Shown here piece after piece: positions 9,941-18,017 of a stretch of DNA of 39,191 bases. Every line of letters starts with the position of its first letter. The first letter of the stretch is position 1. This DNA is from a virus: the UHGV virus genome UHGV-0190739; one strand, 5' to 3'. The notes under the pieces were generated by a model, which worked only from the letters and a program-made list of their open reading frames with translations, had not been told where the DNA came from and did not search any database. A program made the position numbers and the translations under genes.

Positions 9941-11374
9941 TTAAATACCAGATAACTGTTTTCTTCGGAGATCCCAAATATTTTTGGGCACCCGCCGGTT
10001 CACTTCTTCCTGGATTGCTTTCTGCTTATCAATCCCTGCATACTGTATAGCGGCTTCCGCTTCATCCACAGATAGATTCCCTTTTTCCATCTCTTTCATG
10101 ACCTGTTCCATGGCATCATAATCTGTAACTTTCCCAGCCTTCAGTTCCTGTCCTAATTTCGCGGCAAACGGTGCATATCCTCCCGCTGAAGATGCCTTTT
10201 TCTTTGATGACGTTCTTCCAGATCCACTGCCTCCACCAGATCCTTTTTTCGCCGCCTGCGCCTTCTGGAACTCAAACTGCTCTCTCTGGAATGCCATTTC
10301 CGCTTCCCATCTGGCCTGGTCCTGCGCCGCCTGGGACTGCTGGAATCCAAACTGTTCCGCCCACTCTTTGGCTGCCAGGTCCGACTGATAGCTTTCCCAG
10401 TCTTTGCCGTACTCGGAGTCGTAACGGCCTGCCAGGTACTGGAGATCGTTGTAATAATCCGAAATCTGATCCCGATACTCCCCATAATCCCAGTTTCTCT
10501 CCGTATCCAGGCGGCCGGCCAGGTACTGGAGATCCTTATAATAATCTGCCACGGTGTCCCGGTATATTCCATAATCCCGGTCATCCAGGCCGGTGATCAT
10601 GTCCATCTGATTATATTTGTTTTTTATCTCATCCAGGTATTTTGCATAGGCCCGGTCCGCAAATTCCAGGGCCATATCATTGAGTCCGGCCAGCTTATTA
10701 TCAAACGCCTGCTGCCCGGCCGCCGCCGCATAGGTGGACCCATAGCCCCCGGTGAGCCCCGCCGCGGCTCCCATAGTATCACGCATAGCCTGGTTTCCCT
10801 GGCGCATGAAATTCTCTCTGTACAGCTGGTACAGAGAGTCATTGGCCAGGTCCTCCGATGTGTACTCAAATTTTTCGCCGTTGAGGATCTGATCCACCAG
10901 AGAATTTATCTTATCCTCGTATTTGCTCTCAAATTTCCCCGGCTTATTTCCTTCCAGTTCGTCTAGCCGGTCCATATAATCATTTACCCGATCCGACTCT
11001 TCATATGGCCCCGGCCGCTTCCCTTCTGCCGCATGCAGACGGTCATAATAGTCCTGTGTGCTCTGCGACTTCCGGAAGTCTTCCTCCGAGTCCCCTGTGA
11101 GCGTCTGTTTTCCGGTTATGGATACCTTCCCACCCGATGGGGATGGGCTGTTCCCCGCTCCGGTCCCCGCAGTCACATTGGCGGATACTCCTCCTGTGTT
11201 GCTTTCTGCCGCAGGCGGAGTATTCCCCTTCTGCAGCATGGATAACAGGTTCATGTTCTGCGCAGCCGTCCCGCGGTAATCCTGGATCCCGTTCTGGGCC
11301 GCCAGCTGTTTCCTGGCCTCGTATGAGCTGTCTTTTCCCTGTTTCTTCAGATAATCAACAATGCTTACCGCCAT
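9941..11374 (-). CDS. Putative virion/ejection protein with DUF3597-like N-terminus and 29-aa repeats
   Basis: SIVDYLKKQGKDSSYEARKQLAAQNGIQDYRGTAAQNMNLL resembles DUF3597; tandem DY..YRD...DYY.DLQYLAGR repeats; Gly/Ser linkers. Confidence 0.6.
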   Translation of the reverse strand: MAVSIVDYLKKQGKDSSYEARKQLAAQNGIQDYRGTAAQNMNLLSMLQKGNTPPAAESNTGGVSANVTAGTGAGNSPSPSGGKVSITGKQTLTGDSEEDFRKSQSTQDYYDRLHAAEGKRPGPYEESDRVNDYMDRLDELEGNKPGKFESKYEDKINSLVDQILNGEKFEYTSEDLANDSLYQLYRENFMRQGNQAMRDTMGAAAGLTGGYGSTYAAAAGQQAFDNKLAGLNDMALEFADRAYAKYLDEIKNKYNQMDMITGLDDRDYGIYRDTVADYYKDLQYLAGRLDTERNWDYGEYRDQISDYYNDLQYLAGRYDSEYGKDWESYQSDLAAKEWAEQFGFQQSQAAQDQARWEAEMAFQREQFEFQKAQAAKKGSGGGSGSGRTSSKKKASSAGGYAPFAAKLGQELKAGKVTDYDAMEQVMKEMEKGNLSVDEAEAAIQYAGIDKQKAIQEEVNRRVPKNIWDLRRKQLSGI

Positions 11375-11519
11375 CGCTCTCCTCCTCTTCTCCCTGTTCT
11401 TTTAAGAGCTTCCCTGCTATCGTGATCAGCTCCGCATTCTTGAGTCCCTGCACCTCTAATGTTTCCAGGGCCTGGATCACTGTCTGGATCACGTTGTAGT
11501 CATATCTTATCTTCTTCAT
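11355..11519 (-). CDS. Small hypothetical protein (54 aa, not in ORF track)
   Basis: Manual translation MKKIRYDYNVIQTVIQALETLEVQGLKNAELITIAGKLLKEQGEEEESDGGKHC; RBS AGGAG; fills the gap in the operon. Confidence 0.7.
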   Translation of the reverse strand: MKKIRYDYNVIQTVIQALETLEVQGLKNAELITIAGKLLKEQGEEEESDGGKHC

Positions 11520-11528
11520 TTTTATCTC

Positions 11529-12467
11529 CTAAATGCTGTTTACCATATCATAGAGTTCGTTTACCTGATCCTGAAGGGATCTTACCTCATGTCCCAGCAT
11601 CCGGATCCCATAGTCCGGGTCCTCCCAGATGTAATCCAGCACGCTTGCAAGCGTCTGATCCGGCCAGTGCTGGGTCTCTTCCACATACAAGGTCTTGATC
11701 CTGGTGTTTCCCTGTTGGGACACCGAGAAGGCTGCCTTTTTTGTCCTTATATCATAATTGGCCCACAGAGACAGCCGCTCCGGCTTGTACCGATCTGCCA
11801 GCTCCGGGGACATCCCACACCATTCGTCATCGGTCTGCCAGATATACCGGTCATTATAAAACACGATCTCACAGTTTCCGATGTTCAAGGACCGTTCTGT
11901 TACATGGAGCATATACCACTGTCTGTCCAGTTCATCGGTGTATCCGATCTTTATTTCTCCACCTTTAATGAGACCATCAAAAGTGGCATTGCTGCAGCTC
12001 AACTTCCCATCCGGTGACACCTGCAGATTCTTGGTATCAATCGTCAGGCGTTCTCCTTTTATCGTGATCCCATCTTTTTCCACCGATAACTGGTTTGACA
12101 CGTCTCCGACACTTACCTTTAACGCTATTTTGCCATCCAGAAGTTCCACCTTTGTGCTGATCTCTTCTTTTACGTTACTGATCTCCAGCGTGATCCTGCC
12201 GTCAACCAATTCAAATTTTGTATTGACATCTTCTTCCAGATTCTTCAGACCTACCCGCAGCCCATTTACTTCAAATTCCAGCGTGGCGATTACATTTCCT
12301 CGCTCGATATATTTTTTCAGCATATCCGGTGAGTAATTATCCTCATCAATGTTATTAAACATGTACCGGAGCCATTCATTGTTCTGGAACAGATAGGCTT
12401 TCAGCTCCCTCATGTCCTTTGCATCTTCAAAGTTCATGTTCTGGCTGCCCTGCATAAAAATCGCCAT
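11529..12467 (-). CDS. Putative tail protein (coiled coil plus beta-rich region)
   Basis: Strong RBS GGAGGTG; repeated TKFELVDGRITLEIS / TKVELLDGKIALKVS; ITIKGERLTID motif typical of phage tail spike/fibre proteins. Confidence 0.6.
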   Translation of the reverse strand: MAIFMQGSQNMNFEDAKDMRELKAYLFQNNEWLRYMFNNIDEDNYSPDMLKKYIERGNVIATLEFEVNGLRVGLKNLEEDVNTKFELVDGRITLEISNVKEEISTKVELLDGKIALKVSVGDVSNQLSVEKDGITIKGERLTIDTKNLQVSPDGKLSCSNATFDGLIKGGEIKIGYTDELDRQWYMLHVTERSLNIGNCEIVFYNDRYIWQTDDEWCGMSPELADRYKPERLSLWANYDIRTKKAAFSVSQQGNTRIKTLYVEETQHWPDQTLASVLDYIWEDPDYGIRMLGHEVRSLQDQVNELYDMVNSI

Positions 12468-12471
12468 CCGA

Positions 12472-14013
12472 TCACCTCCCGGATCCCAGCGTATATGTTT
12501 TGCTCAGTCCATACAGCTTAGCCCGGCCTTTGCCGGTGATCCTGTACCGGTAACGGCTGCACCTCCTCGGCCTCACCGACATCATGTAGGACTGCTTATT
12601 TACCGCAGACAACGTCTTGACCCGCCGCCATGCTGGATCTGCGTCATACTGCAGCCAGATCTCCACCATGGTCCCCCGGTCCAGCTCCATCATAAACTGG
12701 AGCCGGTGCAGCCGTTTTTTATCCAGGCTGTCTTCCAGGAGATCTCCGCTCTCCAGATACCATGATATCTGTTCTTCCCCTCCCGCTGCCGGCCTGATCT
12801 GCCGCTCCGCGTCCACATAATACAGGTTCCCAGCTCCGGGGCATGGAAATGTCAGTGCGGTATCATCTTCCCTGTGCCAGAGGCCTTTCTCCAGATCAAA
12901 CACATACAGTCCCGTTTTGCTTCCCCAGTCAATGGATATGTAGTATTTCCCCTGATATGGGCCTCCACGGGCTCCTGTATGCCCTTTTCGTATTTCCTGT
13001 GATACAAGATAAGGCATCCCACCATCATAGGCGCACACGCCTTCCCTGGACATATACAGTAATGTCTCATTTACCACCGCAAGGGAGTGTTCGCATCCTT
13101 CCATCACCCCGCGGACCGGATAGGTATTAATCTGGATATTATTCGGCCTGGAGCCGTAGACTTTATGGAGGACATTCTCTTTAAAAAAAAGGACATATCC
13201 CAGATGCGTGATTGCCCCCGTAAAATCTCCATCCGATCCAATGGTAGCCGCGTAAGAGTCCGTGGATATCCCTTCAAAGCAGTTCCAGTTAAAGGGATCC
13301 CCCAGTTTGCAGGCATATACTTCATGTGCCGCGGAACTGCATCCCCATACCCGGTTATCCAGTTCTGTGAGATAATCCATGTCCGGGGCCTTCCGCTTGA
13401 CCGTCAGCCCCGAGTCCTGAGTAAAGCTCTTTGTCACGTCTGCAATAACCACGATGTGGTCTTTTTCAAGGCTCTGGATTACCGCGGACTTATTGAGACT
13501 GGCATTGCTGCATCCGGATATCTCTACCCCATCTCCCTGGCCAAATGCCTCCCCGATCCCCGGGCAGGAGATCTTTATGAATGTAGATGCATCCGTTGTG
13601 GGCCCTATGGACGCCTGTGCGCCCTGTGTCCAGGTTTTCTCTATGTCCTTCCACTCTTTATTGTTCGTGTTAAAAGCCTTCTTATCCGGCCATATAAGGA
13701 TGTACGCGCCCATGGACACCATCTGCTTTTTTCCATCTGACACCGTTCCTACCTTCGTCCCATCAAAATAAAAATCGGTCCCATCCACCCATGCCAGACC
13801 GTTATTAAAAATCAGGCCATTCGGTTTTTCCAGCTTCCGGATCACCTTCCCGCGGCCTTCCCGGGGCCCGATGGCAGGGAACAGGTCGGAAGACATGTTC
13901 TGCATATCCGAAAAAGCATTTTCCTGGATCACTTCCCTCTCATCAACTCCTCCGAAGGTCGTTATCATCTTTTTTCTGACCGGGATCTCCGTCACAAATG
14001 CCAGCCGGTTCAT
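12472..14013 (-). CDS. Tail tubular/nozzle (head-closure/stabilisation-like) protein
   Basis: Start MNRLAF at 14013; TFGGVD..ENAFSDMQNMSSD..IGPREG N-terminus and beta-propeller-like blocks typical of podoviral nozzle proteins. Confidence 0.7.
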   Translation of the reverse strand: MNRLAFVTEIPVRKKMITTFGGVDEREVIQENAFSDMQNMSSDLFPAIGPREGRGKVIRKLEKPNGLIFNNGLAWVDGTDFYFDGTKVGTVSDGKKQMVSMGAYILIWPDKKAFNTNNKEWKDIEKTWTQGAQASIGPTTDASTFIKISCPGIGEAFGQGDGVEISGCSNASLNKSAVIQSLEKDHIVVIADVTKSFTQDSGLTVKRKAPDMDYLTELDNRVWGCSSAAHEVYACKLGDPFNWNCFEGISTDSYAATIGSDGDFTGAITHLGYVLFFKENVLHKVYGSRPNNIQINTYPVRGVMEGCEHSLAVVNETLLYMSREGVCAYDGGMPYLVSQEIRKGHTGARGGPYQGKYYISIDWGSKTGLYVFDLEKGLWHREDDTALTFPCPGAGNLYYVDAERQIRPAAGGEEQISWYLESGDLLEDSLDKKRLHRLQFMMELDRGTMVEIWLQYDADPAWRRVKTLSAVNKQSYMMSVRPRRCSRYRYRITGKGRAKLYGLSKTYTLGSGR

Positions 14014-14398
14014 TTCTTTTCCCCCTTCCCCAGATATCAAAATAGCCTGTTTCTTTGGGCATGTGATTCCGTCTGTACCAGGCTGCATACTGATCAAAAG
14101 CCGTCTGGTACAGTGCGGCCGCATTGTTATAGTTCACTATCTCCTCGTCGTGCAGCTCTATTTTGGCAATAAGGTACTGGATATAGATGTCCAAAAACCG
14201 GTCCGGCACCAGCAGCACCCTTTCCTGATCCGCCGCATAACAATATCCGTCAAAGATAATGCTGTTTCCCTCCGCGCGGTTCAGGATCTCATCCACCACC
14301 GTCCCCTCCACTTCTGACAGCCATCTTGTTTTCATTTCCGCTGTGTATTCATTCGGCCTAAGCTCATCTGTCAATCCTATGATTTCCGCTATTTTCAT
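13943..14398 (-). CDS. Head-tail adaptor-like protein
   Basis: Start MKIAEII (RBS AAAGGAGG); WLSEVEG..., LLVPDRFLDIYIQYLIAKI, YNNAAALYQ; position before the nozzle. Confidence 0.65.
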   Translation of the reverse strand: MKIAEIIGLTDELRPNEYTAEMKTRWLSEVEGTVVDEILNRAEGNSIIFDGYCYAADQERVLLVPDRFLDIYIQYLIAKIELHDEEIVNYNNAAALYQTAFDQYAAWYRRNHMPKETGYFDIWGRGKRNEPAGICDGDPGQKKDDNDLRRS

Positions 14399-14423
14399 CC
14401 ACGTTCCTCCTTTCTTTTCCTGC

Positions 14424-14455
14424 ATTTTCCCATTTTTATGCCTATAATTCGCCCG
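14424..14455 (-). promoter_or_regulatory. Putative late promoter variant (adaptor/nozzle operon)
   Basis: CGGGCGAA-N15-TGG-GAAAAT just downstream of a terminator. Confidence 0.35.
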
Positions 14456-14459
14456 TAAC

Positions 14460-14488
14460 AAAAAAGAAGCCAGATTTCTCCAGCTCCC
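14460..14488 (-). terminator. Rho-independent terminator
   Basis: GGAGCTGGA-GAAA-TCTGGCTTC followed by TTTTTT. Confidence 0.65.
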
Positions 14489-14559
14489 TTTGTTCTATAT
14501 TATGTAACATGGACAGCTTCACCCCGCTGCCCAGAGGGAGATAGTAGGATCACCTCCTC

Positions 14560-14886
14560 CTATACTTCATAGATGATTTCAAGGCCATAAGCGACTGCCG
14601 CATCATGTTCGATTCTACATCCTCTGGCATTTTCCCATCCCTTACAAAAATATGCTACATGGCATTTTGACATATTCTCAAGGCTCTTTGCCAAAAAACA
14701 CAGCGGGATCTGTATAACCCCACGTTCTTCCATGCTTTCTTTACTGTACCATTCATCTGTAAAAAGAGTATTCACAATCTCGCATCCCTCTTTTTCCAGT
14801 GCGGTGATTGCTTTTTCCCTTGCTTCTCTGATCTCGTCGTCTGTTTTCCCAGCCATGGGCTGTGATAACATTGCTTTTTTAAACAT
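14560..14886 (-). CDS. DUF4406-like (nucleoside deoxyribosyltransferase-fold) protein
   Basis: KAMLSQPMAGKT...LAKSLENMSKCHVAYFCKGWENARGCRIEH; ATG overlaps the upstream TAA. Confidence 0.7.
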   Translation of the reverse strand: MFKKAMLSQPMAGKTDDEIREAREKAITALEKEGCEIVNTLFTDEWYSKESMEERGVIQIPLCFLAKSLENMSKCHVAYFCKGWENARGCRIEHDAAVAYGLEIIYEV

Positions 14887-15023
14887 TATTCTGCCCACTC
14901 CTCTCCCGTAATATCCCGGTATTCTTCTTTGGTAATCCAGCGTCCTACTGCTTTTTTTACTCTGGTCTTATCCCAAAGGCCCTTGTCATAGTAGTTTTTG
15001 ACCTTATCAAAATTTTTGCTCAT
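14886..15023 (-). CDS. xkdX: XkdX family protein (45 aa, not in ORF track)
   Basis: MSKNFDKVKNYYDKGLWDKTRVKKAVGRWITKEEYRDITGEEWAE matches the XkdX pattern YY..GLW....V..AV..WIT.EEY..ITG. Confidence 0.85.
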   Translation of the reverse strand: MSKNFDKVKNYYDKGLWDKTRVKKAVGRWITKEEYRDITGEEWAE

Positions 15024-15025
15024 TT

Positions 15026-15442
15026 CTATCCCTCCATCATAAGCAGATAATCAATATCCGCACGGTTTCTTTCTACCCGGTCCTCCATACGCTCCTTGCA
15101 CATCCTCAGAGATACCACAGTGCCGCGGATTTCTTCGAGCTTCGGCATTGGATGGACCAGTTCTCCTGTTTCATCTCTTTCCGGATCCTTCATCCTTGTC
15201 TCTACGACTGCGTCTGTGTCACGGGTCATTACACTTCCCAGCCGTACATATCCCTGGGCCTCGGTCTGGAATGTGTCCCCTCTGATCGTCATAGTCTCTG
15301 CATTTTCAGCCCGGAATGCCCGGGCAACCGTTTCCAATGAGTCCTCTGTGATCAGTTTCAATGCTACTTCCTGATCATTAGAATAAAATCCATTGACCGC
15401 AAGCGTGTATTCGGTCCCGTCCATTAAAATCACTTTTTCCAT
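15026..15442 (-). CDS. Tail-fibre-associated protein (XkdW-like position)
   Basis: RBS AAGGAG; ends ..NRADIDYLLMMEG directly before xkdX. Confidence 0.6.
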   Translation of the reverse strand: MEKVILMDGTEYTLAVNGFYSNDQEVALKLITEDSLETVARAFRAENAETMTIRGDTFQTEAQGYVRLGSVMTRDTDAVVETRMKDPERDETGELVHPMPKLEEIRGTVVSLRMCKERMEDRVERNRADIDYLLMMEG

Positions 15443-15465
15443 GGCACTTTCTCCTTTTTTTCTTG

Positions 15466-15497
15466 ATTTTATTGTATTTCAGCGTACTTTTCTCCCC
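15466..15497 (-). promoter_or_regulatory. Putative late promoter just outside the shufflon
   Basis: GGGGAGAA-N18-TAAAAT upstream of the 15442 start. Confidence 0.45.
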
Positions 15498-15499
15498 GC

Positions 15500-15714
15500 A
15501 TCCCCCGAGAAATAATAATTTCCAGTTGACTGATAATGCAACCAAATTTGTTGCTGGATCGTCGGAAGGAAGCAAGGCATATCTTCGTACATTTGATGTG
15601 AACGGCAGATTATTCCAACTTGCGTTATCCGAATCAGGTTTGCTCTTTTCAGGGTATAATGGAGATTACGGTTCTTCCGGAAAAACACTATGGAAGGGTG
15701 TAACAAAGTCCGAT
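15500..15714 (+). repeat. 215-bp direct repeat, copy A (tail-fibre middle module)
   Basis: Aligns with 17506-17720 with 10 substitutions and no indels. Confidence 0.95.
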
Positions 15715-15951
15715 ATACCCAATCTGCATTACACGATAAGCTCATCCATAATAAATAATCCGGCAGAAGCCATAAAGAAACAATGGGCTACCATGCCAGA
15801 TGGTTATTATCTTTGCGAGATGAGATGTGGATCTGCATATATTGCTATTGTCCAGCGCATTGATGATGGTCAGCACGGATCAGTTATTATTAACGGATAT
15901 GGGAGCGGGTATCCCATTTATTTAAAATGCGCAAATGGAGCATGGCAGTAA
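15511..15951 (+). CDS. Silent tail-fibre C-terminal cassette 4 (module A + distal module)
   Basis: Begins NNNF at the crossover site, contains KSD at the second site, ends YLKCANGAWQ; no RBS/ATG; AT-rich. Confidence 0.75.
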   Translation, partial: NNNFQLTDNATKFVAGSSEGSKAYLRTFDVNGRLFQLALSESGLLFSGYNGDYGSSGKTLWKGVTKSDIPNLHYTISSSIINNPAEAIKKQWATMPDGYYLCEMRCGSAYIAIVQRIDDGQHGSVIINGYGSGYPIYLKCANGAWQ

Positions 15952-15958
15952 TTCCATC

Positions 15959-16477
15959 TTATCCTATGGCTATTGCCATGATATGTATAATCCCGTTATA
16001 AGAACTTCCATCATTTGCATTCCGGGCGTATATTATCAGTTCGTTAGGTTTTACCTGGGCAGTAAAAACAAGATTTTGCACACCCGCCGAACTTTTGTAT
16101 TCTTGGTTAATGCATACAGCGCTGTCATATGTCAGCCCAGGAAATGAGATCTCCGCGAATCCGTCAGAGAATTGGACATCCTTTTTTTTTAGAACTTTCA
16201 AATCGGACTTTAATGCATGTACTTTCCAACCACGCCAGGTTTTTCCGTCAGAACTGTAATTTGTTGCTATGGGTTCTTGTGTACCTCCATATAAAACAAC
16301 CGTTATGGAAGATTTGTTTCTTCTGTAGACAGTTCCGTTTCCGTAAGCGTAATTAGGTTCTGGTAAATTTCCAGTATATGATGAACCATTTAAGTTGTAC
16401 TCATGGATTCCATCTCCTGCATTCAGCGCATCTGAGAGGATATCTACAGTTATTTTTGTACCACTTAAATTATTATT
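15959..16477 (-). CDS. Silent tail-fibre C-terminal cassette 3 (module B + distal module)
   Basis: Begins NNNL; contains TWRGWK and KSDL; ends IHIMAIAIG (fibre-tip-like); no own start; AT-rich. Confidence 0.75.
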   Translation of the reverse strand, partial: NNNLSGTKITVDILSDALNAGDGIHEYNLNGSSYTGNLPEPNYAYGNGTVYRRNKSSITVVLYGGTQEPIATNYSSDGKTWRGWKVHALKSDLKVLKKKDVQFSDGFAEISFPGLTYDSAVCINQEYKSSAGVQNLVFTAQVKPNELIIYARNANDGSSYNGIIHIMAIAIG

Positions 16478-16482
16478 TACAT

Positions 16483-17337
16483 TTACAATACAAACATAGC
16501 TCCCCTGGCATTGCTCTGGCACCTAATCTCGCCCTCCAACATGGCCCCGTCCGGGCCAAAGGCAAAGACCTCATCGCCGATCTGCATGAGCCTTCCGGCG
16601 ACCATTGCGCCATCAGACCCAAGGTAATACCACCTGCCAGCCTTATCCTTCCGCCAGGCGTTGGTGACCATTGCTCCGTCACCATCAAACCAGTACCACC
16701 GGCCGTCGGGATCCCGGTGCCAGTCATTGCGTACCGGCTCTCCTGTGTCGCCATGGTAGTATCTCCAGCCCCCAGCCTCCTGGATCCAGCCGGATCTTTT
16801 TGCGAGCTCCACTAGGCTCCAGTCCGGGATCCCGTACCCCAGGATCTGGCCGTAGTCTTTGCGGTAGGACTTCCGGCAGACCCCGCCGCCGTTTTCGATG
16901 ACGCCGGATGCGCCGGACGTGTTGCCCTCGATGGTCTTGACCCGTGAGGATGTTACCTCCGTTACAATCCCGGTATGGTGCGACCGCTGGCCGTTGGTAA
17001 AAAAGATCACGGCTCCAGGCTCCGGGGTCTGACTCCACCGGCCCGCCTTTTTAAACTGGGCCACTCCGGTTGGGCAGTAATGGTATAAATCACCGCCCAG
17101 GATCCGTCTGGCGGCCTCCAGGCCAAACGCCTGGACAAATACCTCAGACACATACATGGCGCACCAGGGCTGGCCCTGGAGGTTCTGGCCGGTATGCTCC
17201 CGGTAATCCCGGGCAAAGCATGTATAGTTTTTGTTTCCAGCGTTGGCCGTAAAATTGTCCAGGTCTCGGTTGCTCTTTTTCTCCAGATATCCGTCCCAGG
17301 ACTGGGCTTGTCCTATTAATTTTTCTATGTATTCCAT
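16483..17337 (-). CDS. Endolysin: CHAP amidase/endopeptidase + cell-wall-binding repeats
   Basis: Start MEYIEK (RBS GGGAGG); CHAP motifs PWCAMYVS, HHTGIV, TIEGNTS; C-terminal GW..WRYY / WYWFDGDGAM / WYYLGSDGAM repeats. Confidence 0.9.
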   Translation of the reverse strand: MEYIEKLIGQAQSWDGYLEKKSNRDLDNFTANAGNKNYTCFARDYREHTGQNLQGQPWCAMYVSEVFVQAFGLEAARRILGGDLYHYCPTGVAQFKKAGRWSQTPEPGAVIFFTNGQRSHHTGIVTEVTSSRVKTIEGNTSGASGVIENGGGVCRKSYRKDYGQILGYGIPDWSLVELAKRSGWIQEAGGWRYYHGDTGEPVRNDWHRDPDGRWYWFDGDGAMVTNAWRKDKAGRWYYLGSDGAMVAGRLMQIGDEVFAFGPDGAMLEGEIRCQSNARGAMFVL

Positions 17338-17505
17338 ACTTTCCTCCCAAATGGTCACAAAAAGGTTTATAGTTGCGTTATTACTAAATATAGGGGCCCC
17401 TGCGTATGTTACGGTATGCCCATACAATCTCATCTTCTTCCAGGCGGCTGGCCAGCAGGCATCCCATGTTTTGTGATTCATGCACTGCCGGCCCCCGCCA
17501 ATTCT

Positions 17506-17720
17506 ATCCCCTGAGAAATAATAATTTCCAGTTGACTGATAATGCAACCAGATTTGTTGCTGGATCGTCGGAAAAAAGCAAGGCATATCTTCGTACATTT
17601 GACGTGAGCGGCAGATTATTCCAACTTGCGTTATCCGAATCAGGTTTGCTTTTTTCAGGGTATAATGGAGATTACGGTTCTTCTGGAAAAATACTATGGG
17701 AGGGTGTAACAAAGTCCGAT
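17506..17720 (+). repeat. 215-bp direct repeat, copy B
   Basis: See 15500-15714. Confidence 0.95.
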
Positions 17721-18014
17721 TTAATTGATAGTTTGAACCATAAAAAACAAATATTACCTTGGAGTACTTATAGAGATGGTAATTATACCATTTCAAATTT
17801 TAAATTTGGATCAAATTTGTACATAGCTGTAGGGGCAAGTTCTAAAGTGCAAAAACGTTGTAGTATTATGGCTGCAAATGATTCAATACAAATTCCACAT
17901 CCAGAAGGCTTTATAACCATAGTATTTAATGATACTAATCATATCACAGTTTCTGGAACAACAAGCAATTACCAATTAAGAGAAATTCGGGCATCGGATT
18001 TGTTGGGGATTTAA
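17517..18014 (+). CDS. Silent tail-fibre C-terminal cassette 2 (module A' + distal module)
   Basis: Begins NNNF, contains KSDL; its stop converges with the tail-fibre stop (3-bp gap); AT-rich; no start. Confidence 0.75.
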   Translation, partial: NNNFQLTDNATRFVAGSSEKSKAYLRTFDVSGRLFQLALSESGLLFSGYNGDYGSSGKILWEGVTKSDLIDSLNHKKQILPWSTYRDGNYTISNFKFGSNLYIAVGASSKVQKRCSIMAANDSIQIPHPEGFITIVFNDTNHITVSGTTSNYQLREIRASDLLGI

Positions 18015-18017
18015 TAA

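Noticed and set aside
2418..14317. Numerous plus-strand ORFs of 60-220 aa (also at 18812-26861 and 29274-38622)
   Set aside because: Antisense shadows of well-supported minus-strand genes, with no RBS or recognisable motifs
15500..17720. Diversity-generating retroelement (TR/VR pair) explanation for the 215-bp repeat
   Set aside because: Differences include several C/T changes and go in both directions, so they are not adenine-specific; no reverse transcriptase in the window
16483..17796. 437-aa endolysin as given in the ORF track
   Set aside because: The N-terminal 153 codons are antisense to cassette 2 and cross a crossover site; a strong RBS supports the start at 17337
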